Shown: piece by piece, positions 18,267 through 31,662 of the stretch | How positions within the stretch are numbered: position 1 is the stretch's first letter | How the letters are laid out: the number at the start of each line of letters is the position of its first letter | From: Spirochaetia bacterium | GTDB taxonomy: Bacteria; Spirochaetota; Spirochaetia; SZUA-6; Bin103 | Reading direction: 5' to 3' | Assembly (NCBI GenBank): GCA_965203515.1 | Contig: OZ241907.1 | Span: forward strand, 2,272,001 to 2,336,000 | DNA: 64,000 bases | Translations under genes and position numbers: made by a program | Notes under the pieces: generated by a model | Told to the model about the DNA's origin: nothing | What the model saw: the letters and a program-made list of their open reading frames with translations, nothing else | Databases searched by the model: none

Positions 18267-18476
18267 CTAGCCGGTTCCTTCGCCGGATTCCCCCGATCCC
18301 TTCAACGCCTTGCGGTCGCCTTCTTCGCCGTCCGCATCCTTCTGGCCGGTGGTCAGCCCCTTTTCGAACTCCGCCTTGGCGCGGCCGATCGAGCGCGCGA
18401 ACCGCGGGATCGCCGAGGCGCCGAACAGCACCAGGACGATCACGCCGACGATCAGTATCTCCGGATGACCAAGCAT
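18267..18476 (-). CDS. tatA: Twin-arginine translocase TatA/E
   Basis: PEILIVGVIVLVLFGASAIPRFARSIGRAKAEFEKG: TM, FG hinge, amphipathic helix. Confidence 0.88.
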   Translation of the reverse strand: MLGHPEILIVGVIVLVLFGASAIPRFARSIGRAKAEFEKGLTTGQKDADGEEGDRKALKGSGESGEGTG

Positions 18477-18481
18477 GCTTG

Positions 18482-18802
18482 CTACCTCTCTACCGCGTCC
18501 CCGGACGAGGTCCGGTCAGTATAGCCCGGCCGCGCGCCGGCGTCCTGCCGGTCCGGCGACGGCCGCGGCTGCATGGGATGGATCGCGTCGTCCGGCGGGG
18601 TGTCCGTGCCGGGCTCGGCGGCGGTCCGCTCCAACGCGGAGCCGATCTGCCGCATCTCCGTCTTGGCCCGGGCGATGGCGGTCTGCGCGCGCCGCACCAT
18701 CCGGCCGGCGGTACGGGCCGCGCGCGGCAGCTCGCTCGGTTTGACGAAGACCACGATCACCACCGCGATGGCGGCGATCTCCCAGATGCCAAGACCGAAC
18801 AC
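18482..18802 (-). CDS. tatB: Twin-arginine translocase TatB-like subunit
   Basis: MFGLGIWEIAAIAVVIVVFVKPSELPRAARTAG; between tatC and tatA. Confidence 0.75.
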   Translation of the reverse strand: MFGLGIWEIAAIAVVIVVFVKPSELPRAARTAGRMVRRAQTAIARAKTEMRQIGSALERTAAEPGTDTPPDDAIHPMQPRPSPDRQDAGARPGYTDRTSSGDAVER

Positions 18803-19557
18803 TACCCGTCTCCCAACCGCAGTATACGGGCGATCAGGATCGTCAGAAAGAACATCCCCACCATCGGCAGGGCCAGGCTGATCTGCGACACGACGTCCGG
18901 CGGCGTGACCAGCGCCGCCACCGCGAACATGCCCACGATCGCAAAGCGGCTGGCGCGCAGCAGCCCGCGGCGGGTCACCACGCCGGCGCGCAGCAACAGC
19001 AGCAGCACCACCGGCATCTGGAAGACCAGCGCGAAGACCAGCAGCAGCTGCAGCAGGTAGAACACGTTGCGGTCGTAGCTCAGCAGGATGCCGACCCGCT
19101 CCGGGACGAACCCCGGCCCGGTGAGGAACTCCACCGACAGCGGCACCACCTCATAGTAGCCGTAGAGGAAGCCGACGCAGACCAGCGCCACGCTGGCCGC
19201 GAGCGAGCCGGCGATCACGCGCCGCTCCTTGCGCTGCAGGGCGGGAAACACGAACCTCACCACGTTGTAGCCGTGCACCGGCAGCGACACGATCACCCCG
19301 GCCAGCAGCGCCACCTTCACCCGGACCAGAAACCCCTCGAACAGCGACGTCGCGTAGAGTTGCCGCTCGCCGAGCCGCTCCCGGATCGCTTCCAGCGGCG
19401 CGAGCAGCAGATCGAGGATCGATTCATGGAGCGCGTAGCAGACGCCGGCAGCCACCAGCGCGGCGGCCAGCGACACGATCACCCGCCGCCGCAGCTCCTC
19501 GGCATGCTGAAGGAACGTCATGCGCGCCTCCGGCGGGCGCGGCGAGCGGCGGCTCAT
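18802..19557 (-). CDS. tatC: Twin-arginine translocase TatC
   Basis: MTFLQHAEELRRR, FVFPAL, FQMP, TPPDVVSQ; six hydrophobic segments; ATG 19557 overlaps the ccsA stop. Confidence 0.93.
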   Translation of the reverse strand: MSRRSPRPPEARMTFLQHAEELRRRVIVSLAAALVAAGVCYALHESILDLLLAPLEAIRERLGERQLYATSLFEGFLVRVKVALLAGVIVSLPVHGYNVVRFVFPALQRKERRVIAGSLAASVALVCVGFLYGYYEVVPLSVEFLTGPGFVPERVGILLSYDRNVFYLLQLLLVFALVFQMPVVLLLLLRAGVVTRRGLLRASRFAIVGMFAVAALVTPPDVVSQISLALPMVGMFFLTILIARILRLGDG

Positions 19558-21575
19558 CCACGTTCGGTCGCCGGCGCGCGCACCCTGCCGGCAGCCGCAG
19601 CGTCCGGACGCCGGAGCCGGCGGCGGACCAGCAGCGCGACCGCCGTGAGGAAGACGACCTCGACGGCGGCGTAGATGAGCAATCCGGGGAGCACCCCTTC
19701 GGTAAAGCCGTAGGAATGGAGCCCCACGCCGAGCTCGTTGATCCCGAACCAGGCCAGCATCACTACCATGATGCCGATCACCGAGCCGATCGCCATGCCG
19801 TACTCGCGGATCATCTTGCCCAGTCGCGCGTGGAACAACAGCGCGCACCACAACACGATCATCAACGCGCCGTTCTCCTTGGGGTCCCACCCCCAGAAGC
19901 GGCCCCACGACTGATCGGCCCAGATGCCGCCGAGCATGGTGCCGGTGAACGACAGGATCAGCCCGAACGCCAGCGCGCCGAACAGCAGCCGGTAGGTCTG
20001 CCGCAGACGGGCATCGCCGCCGCGGCCCTCGACGAACTGGAACAGGTAGACGTGGCCGACGAAGCCGGCGAACACGCAGGCGCAGTATCCGAAGGTGATC
20101 ACCACCACGTGCGTCGACAGCCAGAAGTTGGTGTCGAGGACGGCCTGCAGTTGCCGCAGCGTGTCGCCCTCCGCCGCGAACTTGCCGGAGATCCACAGCA
20201 GCAGAAAGCCGATCGCCAATCCGCTCAGGGTGCCGATGCCATTGCCGCGCGCCTGACGCAGATAGAGGCCGGCGCCGGCGGCGCCCCAGGCGACGAACAC
20301 GAACGTTTCGTACAGGTTGGTGACCGGCGGCCGGCCGCTGATGAGCATCCGCAGCAGGATGCCCGCGGTGTGGATGGCAAAGCCGACCGCCAGCGCGCCC
20401 ACGCCGGCCCGTTCGACCAGCGGGCGACCGATCAGCAGGGCCAGCAACGCCAGCGCGGTGCCCAGCAGGTAGGCCCAGCGGGCATAGGAGAGCGGATCCA
20501 CGCGGCGGTAGAGGAGCTCCAGCGCCGGATCGGGCAGCGCCATGGCGGTTCCCAGGCGCTGCTCCTGAGCGAGCTCGAACGTGCGCGCCGCAAGATCGAA
20601 CCGCGCCTGCCGCCCCTCGACGTAGGCGACCTGCAGATCGCGCAGCGCGATCAACTCGTCACCGGCCAGCGCTGCCAGCTCCGGCTCCGCCAGCGCCTGC
20701 CAGGGGCTCAGCCACCGTTCCTGTTCCGCGCTCGCCAACGGGATGATCGGCAGCGGCAGGCTCCCGTACGCCTGGTCCCACAGCCGCAGGTTCCGCACCA
20801 GACCCAACACGATGCGGTCGGTATCGGAGAGCGCGCCGGACTCGCCATGGTCGGCGATCGCCGCGGCGGCGCGCTCCTCCACCAGCGTCCGCCGCATCGC
20901 GATATCGAGGTAGCTGTACGGACCCGGGTTGGGCAGTTGCAACGCGCCGGCCGCCGCGTCCGAGTCGACCAGAAACGCCTCCTGGTCCGGATAGGTGAAG
21001 CCAAAGGAGGCGAGCAGCCCGGTGAAGTCCCACAGGTTGTTCCGAACGCGGATCAATTCCCGCTGCACCGGGCTCCGCCGCTCGGCAGGGACCTCCGTGG
21101 CCAATCTCGCCAGCTCGTCGAGCTCCACGATGCCCGCGCGGATCTCCTCGAAGCTGTAGCGGCCGCGCCCCCGCGATGGCGCGCCGATCGCCTCCAGCAC
21201 CTCCGGGTGGTCGATCAGGAATACCTCGTCGCGATGGGTCTTCTGCGGGGTCAGCAGCACCCGCGCCAGCCAATCGATCGCCGGCCGGCCGGCATACCGC
21301 TCGCGGCCGGAGTAGCGCAGCAGCGTGTTGCGCGCAAAGCTGTCGAGCGGCTTGGGCCGCCCGTCCTCGATCACCAGCAGCGGCCGGAGCGCCGCGGCGC
21401 TGGCGATTTCCGGCTCCGGCGGCTCGTATCCCGTAGAGCGGTCGCCGCGCCCGAAGCGCCCGATCATCGACGCCGCCAGCACCGCCAGCACCGCCAGCAC
21501 CGCCAGCAGGAGGATGCGCGTCGACCGCGCCATGCCGCCGGCGGGCCCGATCAAGGGGGCCGAACCGGCGCTCAC
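19554..21575 (-). CDS. ccsA: Cytochrome c biogenesis protein CcsA/ResC (system II) with large N-terminal soluble domain
   Basis: GRPPVTNLYET, FWLSTHV, WWD motif WADQSWGRFWGWDPKEN, GLHSYGF. Confidence 0.9.
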   Translation of the reverse strand: MSAGSAPLIGPAGGMARSTRILLLAVLAVLAVLAASMIGRFGRGDRSTGYEPPEPEIASAAALRPLLVIEDGRPKPLDSFARNTLLRYSGRERYAGRPAIDWLARVLLTPQKTHRDEVFLIDHPEVLEAIGAPSRGRGRYSFEEIRAGIVELDELARLATEVPAERRSPVQRELIRVRNNLWDFTGLLASFGFTYPDQEAFLVDSDAAAGALQLPNPGPYSYLDIAMRRTLVEERAAAAIADHGESGALSDTDRIVLGLVRNLRLWDQAYGSLPLPIIPLASAEQERWLSPWQALAEPELAALAGDELIALRDLQVAYVEGRQARFDLAARTFELAQEQRLGTAMALPDPALELLYRRVDPLSYARWAYLLGTALALLALLIGRPLVERAGVGALAVGFAIHTAGILLRMLISGRPPVTNLYETFVFVAWGAAGAGLYLRQARGNGIGTLSGLAIGFLLLWISGKFAAEGDTLRQLQAVLDTNFWLSTHVVVITFGYCACVFAGFVGHVYLFQFVEGRGGDARLRQTYRLLFGALAFGLILSFTGTMLGGIWADQSWGRFWGWDPKENGALMIVLWCALLFHARLGKMIREYGMAIGSVIGIMVVMLAWFGINELGVGLHSYGFTEGVLPGLLIYAAVEVVFLTAVALLVRRRLRRPDAAAAGRVRAPATERG

Positions 21576-22717
21576 GACGGCTCCGGTACGGCGGCGCGGC
21601 GGCGCCGGCCGGGGCGGACCAGGGTCTGGACGAAATGGACGACCAGGCCGATGGCGATCAGGGCGGTCGCCACGTACGGGACCAGACGGCCCCGGTTTTC
21701 CACGACCGCCAACGTCGAATAGGCAGCGCCGGCGGCGTCGAAGTCATAGGAAGCCTGATAGAAGGTGAAGCCGTCGAACCGCAGCGGCTTGTTCATGGAG
21801 ATCAGCACCGGCCGGCGGGTGCCGGGCGCCTCCAGGATCACGTCGCTCTGAAACGACCGGGGCGTGTCGGTGCCGGGGTAGAACTCGGCGCGAAAGTCCT
21901 GCAGGCCGATCAGCGCCGGCAACTCGTAGCGCGCGCGGCGCAGGGAGAACGCGTAGCGCCGGCCGCCCAGCGTCACCGGGGTCGGGGCCGGATCGAGCGC
22001 CCACAGTATGAGCGAGGCGCTCTCCGAACCGCCGCTCACGCGCAGGATCACGCCGGGCTGGTTCTCCTCCGGGCGGACCGAGCGCCGCCGCGGCTGCAGG
22101 CCGGCGATGCCGCGCGCGTTCAGGAATGGGCTGGCCCGACCCTCGCGCGGCAGGAAGGCGTCCGCGCTCGGGTGGTTCTCTTCCACCAGCATGGTCAGGC
22201 CCAGCGCGGACAGCGACACCTGATCGCCGGCAGCCAGACGCCTCACGTCGACGGCGCTCACGTCGCGCGCCTCGGTCCCTTCACGCCAAGCGGCCACCTC
22301 CCACGCGAAGTAATCCTCGCTGGTGTTGCGCCACTCCCCCTCCTGCAGACGGAGGAAGGACTCCTGCGCGAAGTAGGAGGTGAAGAACATGCCGAAGAAC
22401 ATGACGAACATGCCCAGGTGGGTGATCAGGATGCCGACCCGGGACCATCGATAGACGAACCGAAAGGCGGTGACCGCCAGCAGGTTGACGAACAGCACCC
22501 AGAGCACGAGCTGCGCGCCGGGCAGCGGCACGATGCCGCCCACCAGGGTCACCCACGCCCCGAAATAGCGCTGCTGGGCGTCGTAGAGGCCGTGCGATAC
22601 CTGATGGAAGGTGCCGAGCAGCGTCAGCAGGAACAGCAGCGCCAGGCAGACCACGGTGACGCGCAGGTCTATCGCGGCCCGCACCAGCGGACTGCGCCGG
22701 ATCGCCTGAACCAGCAT
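21572..22717 (-). CDS. Cytochrome c biogenesis protein CcsB/ResB-like
   Basis: Three N-terminal TMs with GILITHLG; YPGTDTPRSFQS, ISMNKPLRFDGFTFYQASY; adjacent to ccsA. Confidence 0.8.
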   Translation of the reverse strand: MLVQAIRRSPLVRAAIDLRVTVVCLALLFLLTLLGTFHQVSHGLYDAQQRYFGAWVTLVGGIVPLPGAQLVLWVLFVNLLAVTAFRFVYRWSRVGILITHLGMFVMFFGMFFTSYFAQESFLRLQEGEWRNTSEDYFAWEVAAWREGTEARDVSAVDVRRLAAGDQVSLSALGLTMLVEENHPSADAFLPREGRASPFLNARGIAGLQPRRRSVRPEENQPGVILRVSGGSESASLILWALDPAPTPVTLGGRRYAFSLRRARYELPALIGLQDFRAEFYPGTDTPRSFQSDVILEAPGTRRPVLISMNKPLRFDGFTFYQASYDFDAAGAAYSTLAVVENRGRLVPYVATALIAIGLVVHFVQTLVRPGRRRRAAVPEPS

Positions 22718-22720
22718 CCG

Positions 22721-23410
22721 CTAGCCCCCGTAATCGGCGCCGGCGGATCGCGGGCCGAACGAGGTCAGGAGTTCCACGAACGCCGCCCGCTGCTCGGCCA
22801 GGACGCCGGCCGGCGCCTCCGCCTTGACGAACAGCGTCTGGCCGCCGGCCGAGGCGATCGCCGTCAGGAAGGCCGTATCGTTCCGGCCGGCGACCAGGGA
22901 AGTGAAGTCGAAGACGGTGAAGTCGAGCTCGCCCCGCACGGACGACGAGCCGTTCAGGAAGGCGCGCACGCGGTCGGAGGGCAGGCTCAGGTCGAGCTGC
23001 GTGAGCCACCGCCGCACGTTGGCTTCCACCCCGCCGGCATCGCCCGCCAGCGCCACCACCGTGCTCTCCCCGCCGCCCGGCAGCCCGAACCGCGCCAAGC
23101 GAAGTCCGTCACCGGGCAGCTCGCTCCATTCGCTCGGGGTCACCCAACGCCAGTTCGCGTCCGTCCCCGCGCCGGCGCCGGCATCGGTTCCGGTCGAATC
23201 GAACAGCGCGCCGACCGGCGTCGGGGCTACCGTCACCTCTCGGTAGGAACGGATCTCGACCTCCCGGTCGCAACCGGCGAGCGTCCCCAGCGCCGCCAAC
23301 ATGACCGCAAGGCAGACGGGCGCCCGGCGCGTGCTCGACCCCATCGATCCCGACACCAGGATACGGCCGGCCACGCATCGGTTCAAGCGCCCGCGCGGGC
23401 ACCGGATCAC
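22721..23410 (-). CDS. Putative lipoprotein associated with ccs genes (start may be 23344)
   Basis: Lipobox LAGC after a hydrophobic stretch; [10 protein letters not shown] motif; tightly packed with ccsB. Confidence 0.6.
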   Translation of the reverse strand: MIRCPRGRLNRCVAGRILVSGSMGSSTRRAPVCLAVMLAALGTLAGCDREVEIRSYREVTVAPTPVGALFDSTGTDAGAGAGTDANWRWVTPSEWSELPGDGLRLARFGLPGGGESTVVALAGDAGGVEANVRRWLTQLDLSLPSDRVRAFLNGSSSVRGELDFTVFDFTSLVAGRNDTAFLTAIASAGGQTLFVKAEAPAGVLAEQRAAFVELLTSFGPRSAGADYGG

Positions 23411-23718
23411 GCCGGGGAGTCGTCGATGTCGGCAAGACGGCGCACCGACGTCACGCCGGACCGCGGTACCGACACGCTGGGAAACCGCTTCCAGACGCCG
23501 TAGCGCGCCGCTCGGGACAGATACTCGACCTTGGAGATGCCGTCGGCCCCTTCCTCGTGGCAGTCCGCGTCCAACAGCAGCAGGGAACCGTCGCCGCGCT
23601 CTTCGAAGAAGCGCCCGACGTAGACCGGGCCGTCGGTATCGACCACGACGGTGATGCCGTGCAGCTCACCGAGGTGTCGATGCTCGGGGGCGGCAAACGA
23701 TTGCCGGCGTTCAGCCAT
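23407..23718 (-). CDS. Hypothetical protein
   Basis: 103-aa ORF with globular composition filling the gap between co-oriented genes. Confidence 0.65.
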   Translation of the reverse strand: MAERRQSFAAPEHRHLGELHGITVVVDTDGPVYVGRFFEERGDGSLLLLDADCHEEGADGISKVEYLSRAARYGVWKRFPSVSVPRSGVTSVRRLADIDDSPA

Positions 23719-23754
23719 GAGGACCGCCTGGATCGGACGCGCGGGTCGGCGGAT

Positions 23755-24174
23755 TCAGCCGCAGTGGCGGTCGAACAGCTTCCGCAGGTCGGCGGCGATC
23801 GACTGCGGTTCGCGGCCCTCGATGCGGTGGCGGGGAAACAGGTGCACCAACTCGCCGCCGCGGAACAACGCGAACGAAGGGCTCGACGGCGGATAGTCGG
23901 CGAAGTAGCTCCGCGCCCGCTCGGTCGCCTCCAGGTCCTGTCCGGCGAACACGGTGGCGACGCGCTGCGGCCTGGGGCCCTGTTGCAACGCGAGGGCCAC
24001 GGCCGGGCGAGCGCTGCCGGCAGCGCATCCGCATACCGAATTGACCACCAGGAACGCGGTGCCGTCGGTCTCCGCCATGAACCGATCGACATCCGCGGGG
24101 GACATCAGCTCGTCGACGCCGATACGCGCAAGCTCGTCGCGCATCGGCTGCACCATCACAGGGTCGTATGGCAT
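23755..24174 (-). CDS. BrxA/BrxB family bacilliredoxin (CGC motif)
   Basis: MVQPMRDEL, NSVCGCAAGSARP, TVFAGQD, PPSSPSFALF, PRHRIEGR; GGAGGT RBS. Confidence 0.9.
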   Translation of the reverse strand: MPYDPVMVQPMRDELARIGVDELMSPADVDRFMAETDGTAFLVVNSVCGCAAGSARPAVALALQQGPRPQRVATVFAGQDLEATERARSYFADYPPSSPSFALFRGGELVHLFPRHRIEGREPQSIAADLRKLFDRHCG

Positions 24175-24241
24175 GGATACCTCCACTCTCCGGGGATACC
24201 GGCGCGCGCGGCGATCGGTCTCTCCCCGGATGCTCTGGCGT

Positions 24242-25060
24242 TCACCCTAACGTCCGCACCGGTTCTCGTCGACCCGCCGAAGCGGCGCCGTTGGCGATAA
24301 CCGGCATGGGCCGCTTGCGGCTGGCGGCGATACCGCCAAAACGCCGCTCCCGTCTGCGGAACTCGACGATGGCCGCGTCCAGATCGGCCCGCGTGAAGTC
24401 GGGCCAGAGCGTCTGCGTGAAGACCAGCTCGGCATAGGCGGCTTCCCAGAGCAGAAAGTCGCTCAGTCGTTGCTCGCCTCCGGTCCGTACGATCAGGTCG
24501 ACGTCCGCCAGATCGCCGCTGCCGCCGGTCAGCGTGCGGGCAAAATCGTAGCGCGTGGGCGCGTCGCCGGCCGGCAGCCGCGCGGCCGCGGCCAGGATGG
24601 CGTCGCGCGCCGAGTAATCGGCCGCGATGCGCAGCAGCAGCCGGTCGCAGGTTCGCGTCGCCGCCTCGCTGCGCTCGATCTCGCGCCGCAGCGCCGCGGG
24701 GAAGCGATCGCGGCGGCCGATGAACGAGACGCGCACCCCGCGCTGCGCGCAGTTGCCGGTCTCCTGCTGCAGGTACCACTGGAACAGCGACAGCAGTATC
24801 CGCACCTCGGCGGACGGCCGGCGCCAGTTGTCCGAGGAGAACGCATACAGCGTCAGCACGCGGATGCCCAGGTCGGCCGCGCACTCGACCGCCTCGCGCA
24901 CCGCGGCGGTGCCGGCCCGATACCCGTCGTAGCGCGACAGGCGCCGCGCTTCCGCCCAGCGCCCGTTGCCGTCCATGATGATGCCGACGTGCCACGGTCC
25001 GGCGCCGGCGCCGTTCCCGTTCGCAGTTCCCGTTCCGTTCCCGCCGTTGACGCCGGACAT
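24242..25060 (-). CDS. uppS: cis-prenyltransferase (undecaprenyl diphosphate synthase family)
   Basis: [50 protein letters not shown]. Confidence 0.9.
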   Translation of the reverse strand: MSGVNGGNGTGTANGNGAGAGPWHVGIIMDGNGRWAEARRLSRYDGYRAGTAAVREAVECAADLGIRVLTLYAFSSDNWRRPSAEVRILLSLFQWYLQQETGNCAQRGVRVSFIGRRDRFPAALRREIERSEAATRTCDRLLLRIAADYSARDAILAAAARLPAGDAPTRYDFARTLTGGSGDLADVDLIVRTGGEQRLSDFLLWEAAYAELVFTQTLWPDFTRADLDAAIVEFRRRERRFGGIAASRKRPMPVIANGAASAGRREPVRTLG

Positions 25061-25569
25061 CACGAACCGCCCAGTGCGCCGGTCGCCACCGGATACGCGA
25101 CCAGATCGCCGTCCGCGCCCGCGTCCCGGAAGCCGGGAGGACCGTCACCGAGCCGCCCGATCGCCGAGATCAGCGCCTCCATGCGCCGCAGGTACGCCTC
25201 CAGCGCCTCACGGCCGGCCCGAGTCAGGGCGAACGTGGTGCGGGGCTGACGCCCGCGGAAGCCCTTGCGCACGGCGATGTAGCCGGCGTCCTCGAGCTTG
25301 CGGGCATGCACGCTGAGGTTGCCGTCGGTCACGCCGAGCAGCGACTTCATCTCCCGGAAGCTCATGGCCTGCGCCGCCGACAGCGAGCTGAGAATCGCCA
25401 GCCGGGTCCGTTCATGCACCACCGTATCGAAGGTCCTCGCGCTGGCGGCCAGTCCCTGCGCCGGATGCAACGACCGGGCACCGGCCTCCGGCGGACCGCT
25501 TTCCAGCGCCGGACCGCTTTCCAGCGTCGGACCGCTTTCCAGCGTCGGACCGCCGCCCTCAGCCGCCAT
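25060..25569 (-). CDS. Winged-helix transcriptional regulator (MarR/ArsR-like, HTH_34 type)
   Basis: [50 protein letters not shown]. Confidence 0.85.
   Translation of the reverse strand: MAAEGGGPTLESGPTLESGPALESGPPEAGARSLHPAQGLAASARTFDTVVHERTRLAILSSLSAAQAMSFREMKSLLGVTDGNLSVHARKLEDAGYIAVRKGFRGRQPRTTFALTRAGREALEAYLRRMEALISAIGRLGDGPPGFRDAGADGDLVAYPVATGALGGS
25492..25553. repeat. 18-bp tandem repeat, 3.4 copies (GP[T/A]LES in the regulator N-terminus)
   Basis: cggaccgctttccagcg[c/t] three times plus a partial copy. Confidence 0.9.
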
Positions 25570-26134
25570 GTCGGTTGGCGATATGCGCACCGAACGCCAC
25601 GTGCAGGACGCCGAAGCCGCACACCATCAGAACCGGACCCGCCGGCGCGTACAGGAGCGCCGCGGCGCCGAGCAACAGAAAGCCGGTCCCCATGATCGCC
25701 ACGCTGCGCACCGAGAACGCGCCGCCGGTCAGCGCGGCGATGCCGTACAGGCTGAGCCACGCTCCCGGCATCAGATGGCGCGCTCCGGCCGCGTCGAGCG
25801 CTCCGGTGAGCAAAGCGCCCACGATCAGCGGCGGGATGAAGGTGACGACGAACGACTGAGCCGGCCGCGACCAGAGGGACAGCCCGCCACGCCGCGCCTT
25901 CAGCGCCATCGCGGTCACCCCGGTGACGAAGGCCGCTACGGCGGTCGTCAGCCAGATCGTCAGCCACATTTCCGGCATGAGCCGCGTAGCGCCGTACGCG
26001 GCGACGGCGCCGGACCCCATCAGGACCATGCCGATACCGGGCACGGCGTCGAACCGCACCGCCCGTTCCATCGTCGTACGGATGAACCGCAGCTCGTCCG
26101 CCGCATGCCGGTCCATCGCAATCGGAGTTGTCAT
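25559..26134 (-). CDS. Membrane protein (about 6 TM) cotranscribed with the regulator
   Basis: AADELRFIRTTMERA then hydrophobic helices ending in GFGVLHVAFG. Confidence 0.75.
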   Translation of the reverse strand: MTTPIAMDRHAADELRFIRTTMERAVRFDAVPGIGMVLMGSGAVAAYGATRLMPEMWLTIWLTTAVAAFVTGVTAMALKARRGGLSLWSRPAQSFVVTFIPPLIVGALLTGALDAAGARHLMPGAWLSLYGIAALTGGAFSVRSVAIMGTGFLLLGAAALLYAPAGPVLMVCGFGVLHVAFGAHIANRHGG

Positions 26135-26171
26135 CGCGCGCAGTGTGCCACCGAATCCGCCCTCGTTCAAG

Positions 26172-26190
26172 TGCTTTATCCTTCAAAGCA
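26172..26190. promoter_or_regulatory. Candidate palindromic operator
   Basis: TGCTTT-N7-AAAGCA, AT-rich in a GC-rich context, about 40 nt upstream of the membrane protein-regulator-uppS unit. Confidence 0.5.
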
Positions 26191-26196
26191 GACCGT

Positions 26197-27312
26197 TCAT
26201 CCCGGTTCGCCGCCCGCTCCCGCGGCCCGGTCGGCGTTCGGCGCATCGTCGTTTGGCGCGGCAAGCTCGTCTCCGCCGACCGCAAGGCCCCGGCGCTGCA
26301 TGCGCCGCGCCCACAGCCGGCGCGCCAACTCCTGCATGTCGGTCGCGGGATCGGTCTCGTCGACGATCTCCAGGCCGAGCAGCGTCTCGATGAGGTCTTC
26401 GACGGTGACGATGCCGGCCGTCCCGCCGTACTGATCCACGATCAGCGCGATGTGCTCGTGGCGCCCCAGCAACCGGGAGAAGGCCGCGCGTAACGACAGC
26501 GTATCCGGCAACGGCGGGATGTCGCGGCGCAGCGAGGCGACGGGCCGATCGCCTTCCCCGCGCGCGACGCCAAGCAGCAACTCGTAGCGCAGCACGTACC
26601 CGGTTACGGAATCGATGCTGCCCCGGTAGATCGGGATCCGCGACGGCCGCAGGTCGGCGGCGGCCGCCTCCGCCAGCGTCTGCGATTCGTCGAGCGCCAC
26701 CACCACCGTGCGCGGCGTCATCGCGTACCGCACCGTACGTTCCCCGAACCGCATCACGCTTTCCAGAATGCGCGACTCGTCCGCCTCGATGACGCCATGG
26801 CTGCGACCCAGACGGGCGATCGCCCTGATCTCGTCCCGGCTGACGGCTACAGCCGACCGGTCGCGGGCGATCAGGGCCGCGATGCGGTTGGAGAAGACCA
26901 CCATCGGATACATGGCGACGATCAGACCCTGGATCGCCCACGCGGCCGGCGCCGCCAGATGGCGCCAGTAGGTGGCGCCGAGCGTCTTGGGAATGATTTC
27001 GGAAAAGATCAGCACCAGGAGCGTCAACGCCCCTGAGACCACACCGACCGGCACGCTGTCGAAGACCTCTCCGGCCCGCCATCCCACCGCCGATGCGCCG
27101 GCGGTGTTGGCGATGGTATTCAGGGTGAGGATCGCCGCCAGCGGCCGGTCCATGTCGTTCTTGAGCCGGTGCAGCAGGCTCCCGATGCGTCGCCCGGCGT
27201 GCCGCTCGGCCGCCGCGTAGCTGGGGGTCACGCTCAGTATCACCGCCTCCAGCACCGAGCACAGAAAGGAGAACGTCAGCGTGCCCGCCGTCAGGATCAG
27301 CAGGAGCGCCAT
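26197..27312 (-). CDS. CNNM/DUF21-CBS domain protein (hemolysin/CorB family)
   Basis: SFLCSVLEAVILS, AILTLNTIANT, SEIIPKTLG, MTPR, VDQYGGTAGIVTVEDLIE. Confidence 0.9.
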   Translation of the reverse strand: MALLLILTAGTLTFSFLCSVLEAVILSVTPSYAAAERHAGRRIGSLLHRLKNDMDRPLAAILTLNTIANTAGASAVGWRAGEVFDSVPVGVVSGALTLLVLIFSEIIPKTLGATYWRHLAAPAAWAIQGLIVAMYPMVVFSNRIAALIARDRSAVAVSRDEIRAIARLGRSHGVIEADESRILESVMRFGERTVRYAMTPRTVVVALDESQTLAEAAAADLRPSRIPIYRGSIDSVTGYVLRYELLLGVARGEGDRPVASLRRDIPPLPDTLSLRAAFSRLLGRHEHIALIVDQYGGTAGIVTVEDLIETLLGLEIVDETDPATDMQELARRLWARRMQRRGLAVGGDELAAPNDDAPNADRAAGAGGEPG

Positions 27313-27324
27313 GACCGGACCGTC

Positions 27325-28128
27325 CTACGGGAGGAACGGCCGGCGGGCGGCCCGCCACAGGTAGCGCTCCGACAGCACGGTGAGCGGCTTCGCCACCAAG
27401 TTGAAGTTGTCGGCCAGCTCGGCCAGCACGCCGTCCATGCGCAGCTCGCGGGCGGTACGGTGACGGGACGCCAGACGGTAGAAGCGCGCCCCGTTGTCGA
27501 TCCACTCGGCGCGTATCACCGAGGCGCTGCGGCCGCCGGCCGCCCGCGCCCGTTCGGGAAAGACGCCGATGGTGAACAGACAGAGGTCCGCGACGCGCTG
27601 ATAGGCGGAGAACCGCTCCGGCTCGGCTGCCAGGGCCGCCGCCCGGATCAGGCTTTCCAGGTCCATCGTGTCGAACCGCAGCGACCGCGGCCGCCCGCGG
27701 TCATCGGCGATCGCCAGGGTAACCCAGCGCACGTGAACGAACGACACGAGCAGCAGCACCAGGTAGTCGAACACGTGCGGCTTGGTCAGGAGCGCGAGCG
27801 CCGCATCGGCATCGAACACCACCGCCGCGTGCCGGCCCGCCGCCTCGACCGTGAACGTCCGCGACGACAGGTCACGCCGAACGCGCGCCACCAGCATGGA
27901 AAAGAACAGCAACGGCGAGACGCGGAGCAGCGGCTCATCGGCATGCAGCACCGCTTCCGCCAGCCGGTCGGAGACCAGCATGCCCTCGCGGATCTCTCGA
28001 TCCTCGCGGAAGGCGTCGCCGAGGCGTCCCCGCACGCTGCGCGCCGGTACTACCGCATGCAGCACGAACGCGACGTCCGAGTCGGCGTACAACGGACCAA
28101 GATCGATCAAGCGGGCCCCATCGTACAC
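27325..28128 (-). CDS. Hypothetical protein
   Basis: 267-aa ORF with protein-like composition (SPLLFF, ADLCLFTIGVFP, GARFYRLA). Confidence 0.65.
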   Translation of the reverse strand: MYDGARLIDLGPLYADSDVAFVLHAVVPARSVRGRLGDAFREDREIREGMLVSDRLAEAVLHADEPLLRVSPLLFFSMLVARVRRDLSSRTFTVEAAGRHAAVVFDADAALALLTKPHVFDYLVLLLVSFVHVRWVTLAIADDRGRPRSLRFDTMDLESLIRAAALAAEPERFSAYQRVADLCLFTIGVFPERARAAGGRSASVIRAEWIDNGARFYRLASRHRTARELRMDGVLAELADNFNLVAKPLTVLSERYLWRAARRPFLP

Positions 28129-28279
28129 GGAAAACCCCTGAGCGCGTCACCCTCCATCCATCCCCGCCGCAAACGCCGCCCGCCGGCCTTCGGCCGCTCG
28201 CGCAACCCGTGCCCGCCGCCGCCGGGCCCGCCGCCGCCGCCGGGCCGGCCGGCGAGCCCAAGGCTCAGGGCACAAAAAA

Positions 28280-28395
<116 letters not shown>

Positions 28396-28496
28396 CACAC
28401 GCTGTATCGAATCATCATCGGCAGGCGGCGACGGCGGCGCGCCCACCATTGGTCCATCGGCCGACGGGGAGGCCGCGGACCAGAGAAGGGTAGAAA

Positions 28497-31554
<3,058 letters not shown>

Positions 31555-31649
31555 ATCTACCCTTCCCTGTGTCCGACGACCGCTGTAAAGACCCCGTCGA
31601 TCAGCGGCGACATCGGAGGTGCGCCGGCGCTCGGCGCCTTGGCGCACCC

Positions 31650-31662
31650 TTGTCAAAGATAC
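31650..31662 (-). promoter_or_regulatory. Spacer boxA-like antitermination element
   Basis: Minus strand GTATCTTTGACAA, similar to the leader copy. Confidence 0.5.

Noticed and set aside
28160..28260. ccg-rich repeats downstream of 5S rRNA
   Set aside because: Low-complexity GC tract in the terminator region; no consistent unit or coding signal.
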